A program made the translations under genes and the position numbers. DNA of 64,000 bases from a virus. Numbering within the stretch: the stretch's first letter is position 1; every line of letters begins with the position of its first letter. This document shows positions 45,713 through 55,055 of the stretch, one piece after another. A model generated the notes under the pieces. It searched no databases. It was not told the DNA's origin and saw only the letters and a list, made by a program, of their open reading frames with translations. The DNA is taken from positions 44,996 through 108,995 of the IMG/VR virus record IMGVR_UViG_3300005805_000051; one strand, written 5' to 3'.

Positions 45713-45796
45713 TGGTGCCCGCGACAGGACTTGAACCTGTATGACCGAAGTCAGTGGAGTTTGAAGCCACCGTGTATGCCATTCCACCACGCGGGC
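45713..45796 (-). tRNA. tRNA-Leu(CAA)
   Basis: Leu-type body; GTGGC TT CAA AC TCCAC with a 31-39 mismatch; CCA. Confidence 0.85.
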
Positions 45797-45806
45797 GTTA
45801 TTCAAT

Positions 45807-45880
45807 TGGCTGGGACGCTAGGACTCGAACCTAGACAAAGAGCTTCAAAGGCTCCTGTGCTGCCATTACACCACATCCCA
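45807..45880 (-). tRNA. tRNA-Gln(UUG)
   Basis: TGGGATG..GAGC CT TTG AA GCTC..GCCA. Confidence 0.95.
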
Positions 45881-45884
45881 ATCT

Positions 45885-45958
45885 TGGTAGCAGGGCCGGG
45901 AATTGAACCCGGTTCTTGGCGTTATGAGCGCCACGAGTTTCCGTCTCTCTCCCCTGCG
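45885..45958 (-). tRNA. tRNA-Met(CAU), initiator-like
   Basis: CGCAGGG/CCCTGCT with C1-U72 mismatch; TGGCG CT CAT AA CGCCA. Confidence 0.85.
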
Positions 45959-46030
45959 ACATGAATACATTCTACCACAGATACTGAAGTCGTCTATCGT
46001 TATTTGTAGGCATGCCATTATTTGGCAGAT

Positions 46031-46393
46031 TTACTCATCATCCGTTGCTTCACCCACAACCGTTACTTCGCCGGTGGCATATGAAGTTTGAATCGTGGTC
46101 TTTTGTTGAATCGGCTTCGGTTTGCGCGGTTTGCGAATATACCGATTCGCGTTTCCAAAAATTTCAGGGTATGTTTGGACGAGAGCTTCACGCAACATAT
46201 AACTCATGGTCGCACTTTGTGAACGGGCGAAACGATAGAGTTCATCGACTTCGCGTCGTGAGACACGAAAGGTCAAGACAATGTTTCGCATTTCATCAGG
46301 GGTGCGCGTGATGCGCTTCCGTGGATCGTCAGGCGTCGGTTCCCGCCAAATCGCTTTGGCAGACGTTCTTTTCGGTGAAGTGGATGCAGCCAT
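46031..46393 (-). CDS. Small DNA-binding protein (ribbon-helix-helix-like)
   Basis: LTFRVS..E...L..FA......MS..LREAL. Confidence 0.55.
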   Translation of the reverse strand: MAASTSPKRTSAKAIWREPTPDDPRKRITRTPDEMRNIVLTFRVSRREVDELYRFARSQSATMSYMLREALVQTYPEIFGNANRYIRKPRKPKPIQQKTTIQTSYATGEVTVVGEATDDE

Positions 46394-46940
46394 ATTGAGC
46401 AAGAAAAAACGCGTCAGCGATGTCCGCAACGGGACTTCCTACGCGTGTCGCTTTGGGATGACAGATTGCGGCCCACGATGCCGTGTCTGGCTTCCGTTTT
46501 GTAAACGCCGCCCAAATATCATCTTTCGTCGCAATCCCTCGTCCCGTGGCAAATTTTTTCATCGTGGTGGGCGCCACGATTCGAAGAGGAATCTGCGGAT
46601 GGTGTTCAAACAGTTTGACTTTGAGGGTGCCGGTGTTTTCGCTGAGTTGCGTAATGCGCCCATTTGCGCTGAACGCGTAATCTTCTAGTACGATGAGTTC
46701 CGGCTGTACACGGTCAATAATTCCCAAGACCCATGTCGCAAGTTCCAGATAGCGTTGGACTTCTGTCTCTGCACTGGAGAGCGACCATTCAACATTCGGG
46801 AGATCGGGATACGGTTTGCCCGTTTTTTTGTAGTTCACAAACCATCGGGGGGTGTTCAGCAAACGATTCGTTAGTACACACACCGCAGGACAGGTGTAGG
46901 AGTAATCGATGCCGATGATGGTATTCACGGGTGATGCCAT
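46329..46940 (-). CDS. RuvC-like Holliday junction resolvase
   Basis: IIGIDYS, IVLEDYAF, L.E..G.LK, P...KKFATG.G.A.K, DIADAF. Confidence 0.88.
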   Translation of the reverse strand: MASPVNTIIGIDYSYTCPAVCVLTNRLLNTPRWFVNYKKTGKPYPDLPNVEWSLSSAETEVQRYLELATWVLGIIDRVQPELIVLEDYAFSANGRITQLSENTGTLKVKLFEHHPQIPLRIVAPTTMKKFATGRGIATKDDIWAAFTKRKPDTASWAAICHPKATRVGSPVADIADAFFLAQYGCIHFTEKNVCQSDLAGTDA

Positions 46941-46973
46941 GATGGTATTTAGCATCACCCGTGAACAGAAGGA

Positions 46974-48470
46974 TTAGTTCAAGCGTTTCAGTGTCACGCG
47001 ACGAATTTCCACCGGCGCATCAAAGTTCACCGGCTCAAAACGCACCGTGAACGGCGCACTCGTGAGTGGCAACTCTGTCAACACCACGCGGAAGGCGTGA
47101 GAGGTGGTCGTAGGGAAGCCATGACCATCACCATCCAACAACTTGATGCGACCAAGTGGTGTACCCGACGTGGTGCTGATAATGTTAATCCGCGCCCGAC
47201 CGCGACGGACGAGCGGACCTGTTTCCACTTCTAGCACATAAACCGCATCGCGTTCAAGCAGATCAGCGGTGTTCAGCGTCAGTGTGAGTGGTGCTGCGGC
47301 GGTTGTCGTGCCCACGGACGCGCCTTGACCCACCGTATGTGGGCGCGTTGCGGTTTCCTTCCGCGTGATAGTCGGGACGGGTAACGCATTATCGGACGGT
47401 ACCGCATACTGCACGGTGTTCGTCAGGGTGGTCATGATGTCCTTCACGGAAACGGTCACATCGCTACCGTCCGCATCGGTGTAGGTATAGACCTGCTGAC
47501 CCCACGGCCCATCCAAGTCCGGCATCTCTCCCCGATACAACGAGAAGATGCGATCGATGTTTGCGTGATGCATAAAGAAAATCGGATCGAGCGCGGCATA
47601 TTTCAGCGTGCCCATATCGCGATTCGACCCAAAGCGAGTGCCACACCAATCATGTCCGTCGTTGTGTGGATTGGACTCGATGATGCCCTGACTGGTACGG
47701 TCGGTATCAACCTTACCACCGAACTCTTCCCACGGAAGCGTGAGCGCAAGATTGATGTATTCGGGACTCATGTAGCGGGAGGTTTCCAAGACATGCGCCT
47801 TTGAACTCGCGGCCACTTCGTTGTCCGGCGTCATCTGGCTCTTCGCGAGTGACGGGCCGCGATTACCGTTGTACAGCGCGAGATTGTCAAATCCGAGCGT
47901 ATCTGCACTGACCATGTTCTCTTGCGTCAGGTCGTAGCCCCACAGCGGACTTGCGAGATTTCGTGCCACGCGTTCCTTCGTGTTGGGGATCTCCTGATGC
48001 ACCGTCCAATCCCAGAACGGATAGGCAAAGGTGCTGTCGTCCAGACCTTGTTCCTTCAACGCTTGCGCGAGAATCCGTTCGAGAAAGAAGACATAGCCGC
48101 GATGCCACGGGAGAAAATGCCAGCTCCAATGCACTTGTGGGGCGTAATGCTGCCACTCGGTGCAATGCTTTGCGTGAATCAACGCATAGTTCTCCCACTT
48201 CCGTGCGTCCGCAATCGGGAACTGGTTTCGTGCGTAGCCGACCGCTTGGCACAGCGTTCGTACCTCTGCATCGGTTAAGTCCCAGACGCTCTTTCTGACA
48301 CGCACAGGCGCGGTGCTGGACAGATTAAACCGACGCTTTACGGAGCTGATCGGGTCATGCGTTGTTGTTGGAGGTGCGGGTGTTGACACACACGCGGTGG
48401 TGCCGATAACGGTCGCACCGACCGCACCGACCACACCAATTTCAAGAAATCCACGACGACTCTGTTTCAT
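46974..48470 (-). CDS. Tat-exported tyrosinase / catechol oxidase (type-3 copper)
   Basis: SRRGFL Tat motif, possible lipobox TTAC; CuA H..HC..H..FLPWHR; CuB HNDGH..DPIFFMHHANIDR. Confidence 0.92.
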   Translation of the reverse strand: MKQSRRGFLEIGVVGAVGATVIGTTACVSTPAPPTTTHDPISSVKRRFNLSSTAPVRVRKSVWDLTDAEVRTLCQAVGYARNQFPIADARKWENYALIHAKHCTEWQHYAPQVHWSWHFLPWHRGYVFFLERILAQALKEQGLDDSTFAYPFWDWTVHQEIPNTKERVARNLASPLWGYDLTQENMVSADTLGFDNLALYNGNRGPSLAKSQMTPDNEVAASSKAHVLETSRYMSPEYINLALTLPWEEFGGKVDTDRTSQGIIESNPHNDGHDWCGTRFGSNRDMGTLKYAALDPIFFMHHANIDRIFSLYRGEMPDLDGPWGQQVYTYTDADGSDVTVSVKDIMTTLTNTVQYAVPSDNALPVPTITRKETATRPHTVGQGASVGTTTAAAPLTLTLNTADLLERDAVYVLEVETGPLVRRGRARINIISTTSGTPLGRIKLLDGDGHGFPTTTSHAFRVVLTELPLTSAPFTVRFEPVNFDAPVEIRRVTLKRLN

Positions 48471-48778
48471 GCTGACACTCCGGTGGGGCGAGGTTGACGT
48501 GTTGCGGGATCGCCCCCACGCACCCGCAGACGATCGGCGCCATGTTCATCCACACACATATTCACGAGTTCGATTAATCGTGAATCCATGTACGGCCGCG
48601 CAATAATATAGGTAGGAATTTTCGGGGACGGGGTAACGATATCGCGTTCACACCGAATGCAGGTCCACGCATCCTCGCGTTCGCGCCACTGCGAAAGCGT
48701 CGGTCGCCATTCCCATTCACGATATACGCCGGGATGCCCCGTTAGGAGGCATCCCATCCACTTCACCCATGACCACAT
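48467..48778 (-). CDS. Hypothetical protein
   Basis: C...GH..C.RC motif; SD GGAG; ATGA coupling to the tyrosinase. Confidence 0.55.
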   Translation of the reverse strand: MWSWVKWMGCLLTGHPGVYREWEWRPTLSQWREREDAWTCIRCERDIVTPSPKIPTYIIARPYMDSRLIELVNMCVDEHGADRLRVRGGDPATRQPRPTGVSA

Positions 48779-48788
48779 ATACACTCCG

Positions 48789-48956
48789 TTATTTGTTACA
48801 CTTACCACAACCCTCGTGACGAATGTCTTCAATCGCACGCCAGAGGAAGTCCTGCTGCATTTGCTGGTCGTTCTTCCATTGCATGTAGGCGCGGACGACC
48901 CCACCACCGAGAATAATGCCCACGACGAGACTTCCTGCCCATCCTATAAGTTCCAT
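48789..48956 (-). CDS. Small single-TM protein, 55 aa
   Basis: SD AAGGAG; MELIGWAGSLVVGIILGGGVVRAY..; not in the ORF track. Confidence 0.6.
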   Translation of the reverse strand: MELIGWAGSLVVGIILGGGVVRAYMQWKNDQQMQQDFLWRAIEDIRHEGCGKCNK

Positions 48957-48998
48957 ACAATAGACTCCTTCACGGCCCCAACTATTGAAGTTACGTGA

Positions 48999-49334
48999 TT
49001 ACTGCTTGAAATACAACAATATCGTATTCGGTTTATCAAAACGAATACCCATCAATCCAAAACTGACATACTTTTTGAAGTCATCAAATTTTACTTCAAA
49101 CTTATCAGCACGGACGGAGAAGATCCACGCCGTTTCGGATTTTTGCGCCTTCAGTAACGCATTTTTTCCTAATGTAATGGCGAGTAAGTTTAAAAACTTC
49201 GCTGGAATGTCCGTCTTCGGATATCCCTCGGGCCCGTGATAGCCAGACGAGGTGTCCATCGCAGTGGGGAGTGGTGACGCTTCCTGTATTAACTGGTCTA
49301 GTGCGGCGTCCGAAAAGATTTTGGTTTTAGGCAT
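48999..49334 (-). CDS. Hypothetical protein, possibly a head internal protein
   Basis: Late promoter at 49360-49354, SD GAGGAG, LIQEA site near the N-terminus. Confidence 0.6.
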   Translation of the reverse strand: MPKTKIFSDAALDQLIQEASPLPTAMDTSSGYHGPEGYPKTDIPAKFLNLLAITLGKNALLKAQKSETAWIFSVRADKFEVKFDDFKKYVSFGLMGIRFDKPNTILLYFKQ

Positions 49335-49384
49335 CTACAATATCTCCTCTGACTATTTATGATAACAATTAAATCTTCACGATA

Positions 49385-51337
49385 TTACCGCACTGGACAG
49401 ACGCCGCCGACACAATCATCGTCCAGACCAATCTGTCCATCGGTGATGGAGGTAATCAATTTGGTCTTGGCGACAAGGGCATCGTATTCTTCTTTTGTGA
49501 TCTCTTCGTACGGTGCCTGCTTGAAATTGTGACCCGAGTGTAGCAGGAACGACAACGACTTATGTCCCGTCGCAAAATGCTTGGCGAGATACTTCTTAAT
49601 CTCCGGCAGCTCTTCCTTGCGGTAGTAGACCGTGCAGGAGACGCTGTTATCGCTCCAGTGTTGCTGTAGCTCCTTCACGACCTTCAACTGCTGGAGTGCG
49701 GTCATATCCTTTGCCAGCACGGTGCCTTCAGGGAATGAGAACGGGAACGAGACGACGACGGTGGAATAATCCTGCGACCCATCAAAGTTCAGCCGATACT
49801 CAATATCATACCCGTGGTTGCGGCACACCTCCACCAGCGGATGATTGGATGACATTGCAATACGACGAATCATAAACTGGGCATAACCGGGGTGAATACC
49901 GGGTGTGACGCCGGGGAGCAACGACAAAGTGCCGCTCGGCTTGCAGGTCGTCAACTTCACACTCGTCGGGAACTTCTTCTGTTCCGAATAGGCGACATCA
50001 AACGCTCGCAACGCTTCATAGGCGGACTTCAACCACTTCTTCTGCTTGTCGGTCGCTTGCAGATAGCCGGTGACACCGATGCCCATTCGCATGTTTGCAT
50101 TCACAATCTTTTCGGTTTCCTTGTGGTGACAATGGAGCGCGAGCGAATGCTTGTTGATGCGATAGAGCAGTGTCATCACATCCACGAACTCCTCGTAACT
50201 TTCAATATTCGGGAGGAAGATTTCGGCTAAGCAGCAGGTTTCAAAATTGCCCAGTGACTGCTCTGCACAGGGATTGTAGCCCAACACGGTCGGGTCTGCA
50301 TACTGTGTCTCGCCGAGCCGACCAATCTCTTTAGACAGCTTGAGATTGATGAGGCCATACGGCTCGCCCTTGCCTTCATAGCCATCCCAGAAGAACTCAT
50401 GCAGTTGCGAAATGTCATCACACGCGACGCTGTTGTTAGACATCGCACGCCATGACGGAATGTTACCTAAATCCCACCGCTTCGCAAGGAGATATTCGAC
50501 ATCATCCGGATCACCAATCGCGAGTTGTGCCGACCGACGCACATTGCCCGCGACAACGATACTGCCGATGATGTTCATGACATCCAAGCAATCAATCGGA
50601 CGCATCGCTTTCCCCGCCCGCTTGTGAAGGATCTCCGTAATCTGGGCAATTCCCTGACAAAGAATCTCTGCACCAGACGCGACACCACCGAAGCCCTTGA
50701 TGGGTGCCCCCTTGCCACGAATCAACTGCGTGGAGTAGGTAAACGATTCGGACTTGCGCCGCGCAAACGCCGCTTCCAGTGTGCGTTCCAACAGTGCGAC
50801 CCACCCTTCCCGCGTATCGGGAATGATGAAGTCCGCATCGGCATGGTCGTGACGCGTGGGGCCGACGAACGATTTCTTGACCTGCGGGAGCTTGCTGACA
50901 TGTTCGCGTTGAATGCTGAAACCGACGCCGCTGCCGAGCATGAGCATATCCATCGCCCATGTGAAGGGACGGACGGGTTCATCAATCACGACGAACGCGC
51001 AGTTCTGCAAGGACGGGAGTCCGAGACGCGGAATCATCGGAGTCCCAAGCTGCCACAAGAACCGACCCGCGACCGTGCCCTTCAGCTTCGTCATGTAGTA
51101 GCGGAGACGATGCTCTTCGTCTTGTGTGAAGCCGCAACCGAGTTGCGTGTCTGCGGCACGAATGACGCGTTCAATGGTGTCACGCCATTCTTCGGTTGGG
51201 GCATGCACATCATCTTCCACCAAGCGGCGCGAATAAGTGCGCTTGTAGGTGAGATAACCTACTGTCGACCACGGTGTCTCGTTGAAGTCAAACAGTTGGG
51301 ACGCGGGAAGAGCAAGCGGGTCAGAAACAGGGGACAT
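49385..51337 (-). CDS. nrdJ: Class II B12-dependent ribonucleotide reductase (monomeric RTPR type)
   Basis: TYKRTYSR, NCAF, GNVRRSA, NPCAEQ, KPSGTLS, C-terminal CVGGVCPVR. Confidence 0.93.
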   Translation of the reverse strand: MSPVSDPLALPASQLFDFNETPWSTVGYLTYKRTYSRRLVEDDVHAPTEEWRDTIERVIRAADTQLGCGFTQDEEHRLRYYMTKLKGTVAGRFLWQLGTPMIPRLGLPSLQNCAFVVIDEPVRPFTWAMDMLMLGSGVGFSIQREHVSKLPQVKKSFVGPTRHDHADADFIIPDTREGWVALLERTLEAAFARRKSESFTYSTQLIRGKGAPIKGFGGVASGAEILCQGIAQITEILHKRAGKAMRPIDCLDVMNIIGSIVVAGNVRRSAQLAIGDPDDVEYLLAKRWDLGNIPSWRAMSNNSVACDDISQLHEFFWDGYEGKGEPYGLINLKLSKEIGRLGETQYADPTVLGYNPCAEQSLGNFETCCLAEIFLPNIESYEEFVDVMTLLYRINKHSLALHCHHKETEKIVNANMRMGIGVTGYLQATDKQKKWLKSAYEALRAFDVAYSEQKKFPTSVKLTTCKPSGTLSLLPGVTPGIHPGYAQFMIRRIAMSSNHPLVEVCRNHGYDIEYRLNFDGSQDYSTVVVSFPFSFPEGTVLAKDMTALQQLKVVKELQQHWSDNSVSCTVYYRKEELPEIKKYLAKHFATGHKSLSFLLHSGHNFKQAPYEEITKEEYDALVAKTKLITSITDGQIGLDDDCVGGVCPVR

Positions 51338-51344
51338 AAACACT

Positions 51345-52178
51345 TCACCTTTCAGTGACACGAAGCTCCGATAGCTTCGCCATAAATTCCGTATATTCTC
51401 GTTCGGATTGACCGATGACCTGTGCATCTGCGAGAGTGGGAATCTCCCCGCAAAGCACCCGCGACAATAACTCCAAATCAAGTCTGGAGAAAGTGTGCGC
51501 GTTCAGTATATAGTCGTGAAATGCTTCACAGGACAACGGAAAATGTGGGGCTACGGCGTCATACATCGCGGTCGCCATGACGCGAATTTCATACTGCGCG
51601 TGAGCATCCATCCGTAACTTCAAGAAATGAAAGAAGTTATGGAGATCGCACTTCCAGTAGAGTTCCGTATAGGTGTGGAGGGGGAGTACGCCTCGGGCAA
51701 TTTCTCGCGAAACTTGATGTACATTTAACAATGAATCGTAGGTGTCATATGCAGCATCACCCGCAAACCGCATCGATTGCTGCGCGTGACGCGATTGAAT
51801 CTCGTTCGTGACCGGCGCACGACCCTGATTATTCTGTGTCGATTGTGGGCCGCACTGATCCACTTCGGGTACATAGATTTCGTGGGGCAGTTCGCTATAG
51901 CGACCCGACACTTCATTCAGGTTTGCAGTACGATGGCGAATCAGTTGGCGCGCCACGGTGATAGGCACTTTCAAGTAGAACAGTACTTCCGCCATCTCAA
52001 ACGGCGAGGTATGACGATGCCGCATCAGATAGCGGAGTAATGCGCGGTCGCCTCGCGTCTTCTTGGTGCCCTGTTGATAGGAGACACGCGCGGCCTCCGC
52101 AATCCGTGCATCCGACCCAAAGGTGTCTATGAGGACAACTTTTCCGTGGTCGAGGATCGTTCGCTCAATCGTTTCCAT
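51345..52178 (-). CDS. thyX: Flavin-dependent thymidylate synthase
   Basis: AARVSY, HTSPFE, RQLIRHRTANLNEVSGRY, AQYEIR. Confidence 0.96.
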   Translation of the reverse strand: METIERTILDHGKVVLIDTFGSDARIAEAARVSYQQGTKKTRGDRALLRYLMRHRHTSPFEMAEVLFYLKVPITVARQLIRHRTANLNEVSGRYSELPHEIYVPEVDQCGPQSTQNNQGRAPVTNEIQSRHAQQSMRFAGDAAYDTYDSLLNVHQVSREIARGVLPLHTYTELYWKCDLHNFFHFLKLRMDAHAQYEIRVMATAMYDAVAPHFPLSCEAFHDYILNAHTFSRLDLELLSRVLCGEIPTLADAQVIGQSEREYTEFMAKLSELRVTER

Positions 52179-53182
52179 CGCAAAAACTCCAACTCCGCCC
52201 GCAAGCCTTGATAGGTATGTTGTGTAACGAGGGTTAGTATATCATGACCGGCAAGCGCCATGTCGTTTAAATCTTTCTCATGAATATATTGCGGCCAGAT
52301 CACTACGGGCAGTCCGCGCTTGATCGCGGCGTGGAGTTGTCGTGAGACATCCAGATTGCGCGGTTCATTGTCCCACACACAGACGACGCCGTGCCCGACG
52401 AGATGGTGGTCATAGACATGCAGCAAATCTGACCCCATCGCGGCGACGCTGTTCGGAAGAAACCACGAATCTAGCGGGCCCTCGACGAGATAGATGCGTT
52501 TGTGCAAATCTACGCGGTCGAGCCCATACACCTTCTCTGCATCATCGTTACGCTTGAAGGTCACATAGCGACCGGATTTGCCTTCTGCGTCGATACGACG
52601 GGCTTGGGCCCCGAGCAGATCACCGTTACGGTGAAACCACGGAAGAATCAATCGCGGCGCGTGATCTTCCGGTAACGCATACGACCAACCCATCTCTGTA
52701 ATCCACGTCGTCCATTCGTTCGTGAAATAGAGCTGTGCGAGGGCCGCGTCTGGCAAGTGCCGTTTCCGACAATACTGCACTGCTTCGTGCGTGTCTGGTA
52801 GAGACGCAATCGAAGGCAAAGATAGTTTGGGGGGTGTGGGTCGTGAAAATCCAAACACAGGCACCTCCGCAGACACACGAGCCGTGGGCACTTCTGCGGG
52901 GCGTTCCTGTCGCAACACATCCAGTTGATACTCTCGAAAGAGTTCTGTATCGACGCGTTTCAGAAATCCCCGCAAGGACATACTGACATTACAGTTATGA
53001 CACTTGTAGAAATATTGCCGTTGATACAGAAAGAAATAGCCACGGGTGCGGTTCTGTCGCTTCTTCGAGTCGCCACAAAACGGACACCGGAACGTAAAGG
53101 TCGTCCGTGATTGCTTGTGGAAATGCTCTAAGGTGCTTCCAATCAGATTGATATATTTCTCTTCAAGCCACTGCGCCGCCAT
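52127..53182 (-). CDS. gp61: DNA primase gp61
   Basis: FRCPFCGDS..CHNC, VEGPLDS, WDNEPRN, KDLNDM. Confidence 0.96.
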   Translation of the reverse strand: MAAQWLEEKYINLIGSTLEHFHKQSRTTFTFRCPFCGDSKKRQNRTRGYFFLYQRQYFYKCHNCNVSMSLRGFLKRVDTELFREYQLDVLRQERPAEVPTARVSAEVPVFGFSRPTPPKLSLPSIASLPDTHEAVQYCRKRHLPDAALAQLYFTNEWTTWITEMGWSYALPEDHAPRLILPWFHRNGDLLGAQARRIDAEGKSGRYVTFKRNDDAEKVYGLDRVDLHKRIYLVEGPLDSWFLPNSVAAMGSDLLHVYDHHLVGHGVVCVWDNEPRNLDVSRQLHAAIKRGLPVVIWPQYIHEKDLNDMALAGHDILTLVTQHTYQGLRAELEFLRWKRLSERSSTTEKLSS

Positions 53183-53216
53183 GGGACATAGTATAACACG
53201 AGTTCATCGGCACTTA

Positions 53217-53720
53217 CTATGTAGCTGTCATGAAGAGCTTCAGTACATCGAGAGCTTTGCCGAAGGTCAAACCGAGCGCGAGTCCCGCACCGATGAGCAT
53301 CCATCGCCAGCGTTCGAGCGCCGTGATGCGGCGATCCAACTTTGCGTTGTCGTCACTGTGTTTGGTGGCAAACTCGTCCAGTGCCTGCGACATTTCCTGT
53401 AACGCTTCGTGGATTTGTTTACTGAGTTGGTCGGTGAGGTGCGTATTCATCTCGTCGATTTTATCTCGGGTTTCGCGCAATGCCACATCAGTGGACGCCA
53501 GCTGCTTTTGCAGCACTTGAATCTGCGAATCATGACGAGAAATCAACGTCGTGGTATTGAGAGTCAGTTGTTCAACTTTTTCCAGAATGCGGTCAAACCG
53601 ATCACCAAGCATCGCAAACTGCGTAGCACTTTGTTGCGCTTGTTGTTCTAACATCGCGATGGACACCGCAACATTCTGTGCTGCGGGTGTGGGGCGCGAT
53701 GATTTCTTCTTGGCCGGCAT
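53217..53720 (-). CDS. Coiled-coil protein with a C-terminal TM segment
   Basis: Heptad region, then RITALERWRWMLIGAG. Confidence 0.7.
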   Translation of the reverse strand: MPAKKKSSRPTPAAQNVAVSIAMLEQQAQQSATQFAMLGDRFDRILEKVEQLTLNTTTLISRHDSQIQVLQKQLASTDVALRETRDKIDEMNTHLTDQLSKQIHEALQEMSQALDEFATKHSDDNAKLDRRITALERWRWMLIGAGLALGLTFGKALDVLKLFMTAT

Positions 53721-53722
53721 GA

Positions 53723-54619
53723 TTAAGTGTACCGTCCCGGTCGACGGAGAAACATCATCGCGCCGGTGGTCTGGTCGCGGAGAATGATGCCACGATGCCC
53801 GTGTTTCCGCCCATACTGTCGAATGGTTTCACCCATCTGTGCGGTGCCGACATAGGTGCGGTAGCGGTCAAATTTCTTTTTCCCTAAACGACTTCGCTGA
53901 AAAGTATCCGCGTCGACTTCAAATACTTCGCATCCTGCAAAAGTCGCTTCGTGTAGTTTTGGCTTCTTCGACGGGCGCGTCTTGGACAGTACGAAGTGTT
54001 CCGTGGGTTCATCATCCTGAAAGGTTTTCAGCCAAGTCTGCTCGTCGCTCGGTGACGCAATCGACCGCTGCAAGTCCCAATAGCCAGACCGCTTATTGTA
54101 TTTCCACAGTTTCGTCTCTTCGTCCATATCCTGACGCCGCTTTCGGGGTCGCGGTAGCATGACCCCCGGTTCACCTTGCGCCCCAACCCCGAGTCCCGCA
54201 ATCGCCCCATGACCAGTGGCCATCGTCGGAGCATCCTCATCCACTAACGCAGACGCTTCAGACAGGTATTGTTGACTGTCGGGTCCGAGAATCGCTTCCG
54301 TCAGGAGGGATTCATCCCATGCCGCAGCTTCACGCAGCTTCTTGACCGGCTCCCGCAGCAACCAGAATGCTGCGAGATAGGTGAACAGCTTACTGGAGCC
54401 GCCGGGAATCTTGGCTAGCATTCGCTTGATATTGTTGACGAGAATATCAAACCATGTCCACGCGTTCTTTTCCTGTGCAGTTTTGAGCGACCGTAACGGC
54501 CGCAGGACATTGCCTTGATTGTCAATAATACCAAGCTTGAACGCAGGGGTCTTGTCAAATGCCGTTGTCAGACGCTTGACAAATTGGTAGACAATGTAGA
54601 TATCAACGAGTTTTTGCAT
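53723..54619 (-). CDS. Conserved T4-like head-associated protein with an inserted module
   Basis: D.Y..YQF.K.L...F....AFKLGIID..G; EDAPT; FAG..VFEV..G.M.FLR. Confidence 0.75.
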   Translation of the reverse strand: MQKLVDIYIVYQFVKRLTTAFDKTPAFKLGIIDNQGNVLRPLRSLKTAQEKNAWTWFDILVNNIKRMLAKIPGGSSKLFTYLAAFWLLREPVKKLREAAAWDESLLTEAILGPDSQQYLSEASALVDEDAPTMATGHGAIAGLGVGAQGEPGVMLPRPRKRRQDMDEETKLWKYNKRSGYWDLQRSIASPSDEQTWLKTFQDDEPTEHFVLSKTRPSKKPKLHEATFAGCEVFEVDADTFQRSRLGKKKFDRYRTYVGTAQMGETIRQYGRKHGHRGIILRDQTTGAMMFLRRPGRYT

Positions 54620-55013
54620 GGCCCTCAATCGACTCCCTGAGTAAACGCAGCAACACCTTATCCTGCGAGATATCTGTATTTAGGATGTTTGCGCCATTTA
54701 TGGAAGGGATTTCGTCGGGCATCAATGCGAGGTATTCTAAGACGGTTTTGAGCGCACGCCATGCCGTGGGATGGACGCGATAAAACAGAATGCGGGACAC
54801 CGCTTCGGCACGAAAGACATTTGAAAGCCCGATGATATGATTGACGAGCAGACGGGGGGCGACTTCACCCGTGCGGACATACCGATGCAGTAACCGCTTG
54901 GTGTATTTGAACCGCACTAAATCTTCGTGAAATTCGGCAAGACCTGTACAACTGGGGTTGTTGTACATCTTCATTGCATAGGCAAAATAGGTCTTTTTTG
55001 TCAAGTCGACCAT
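54603..55013 (-). CDS. Conserved T4-like hypothetical protein
   Basis: YAMKMYNNP.C....EF.EDL.RFKY.KRL..RL..NHI..L.NVF. Confidence 0.85.
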   Translation of the reverse strand: MVDLTKKTYFAYAMKMYNNPSCTGLAEFHEDLVRFKYTKRLLHRYVRTGEVAPRLLVNHIIGLSNVFRAEAVSRILFYRVHPTAWRALKTVLEYLALMPDEIPSINGANILNTDISQDKVLLRLLRESIEGHAKTR

Positions 55014-55020
55014 AATAAAC

Positions 55021-55044
55021 AAAGGGGGGACTGGTTACCCCCCT
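55021..55044 (-). terminator. Intrinsic terminator
   Basis: AGGGGG..CCCCCT stem followed by TTTGTTT on the minus strand. Confidence 0.55.
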
Positions 55045-55055
55045 GTGTAGTGATA

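Noticed and set aside
45713-45796. Possible UCA (opal/Sec) anticodon in CTTCAAA
   Set aside because: The stem pairs only in the CAA register, and the body aligns with the neighbouring tRNA-Leu(UAA)
44371-46091. Short ORFs overlapping the tRNA genes
   Set aside because: They are translations of tRNA sequence
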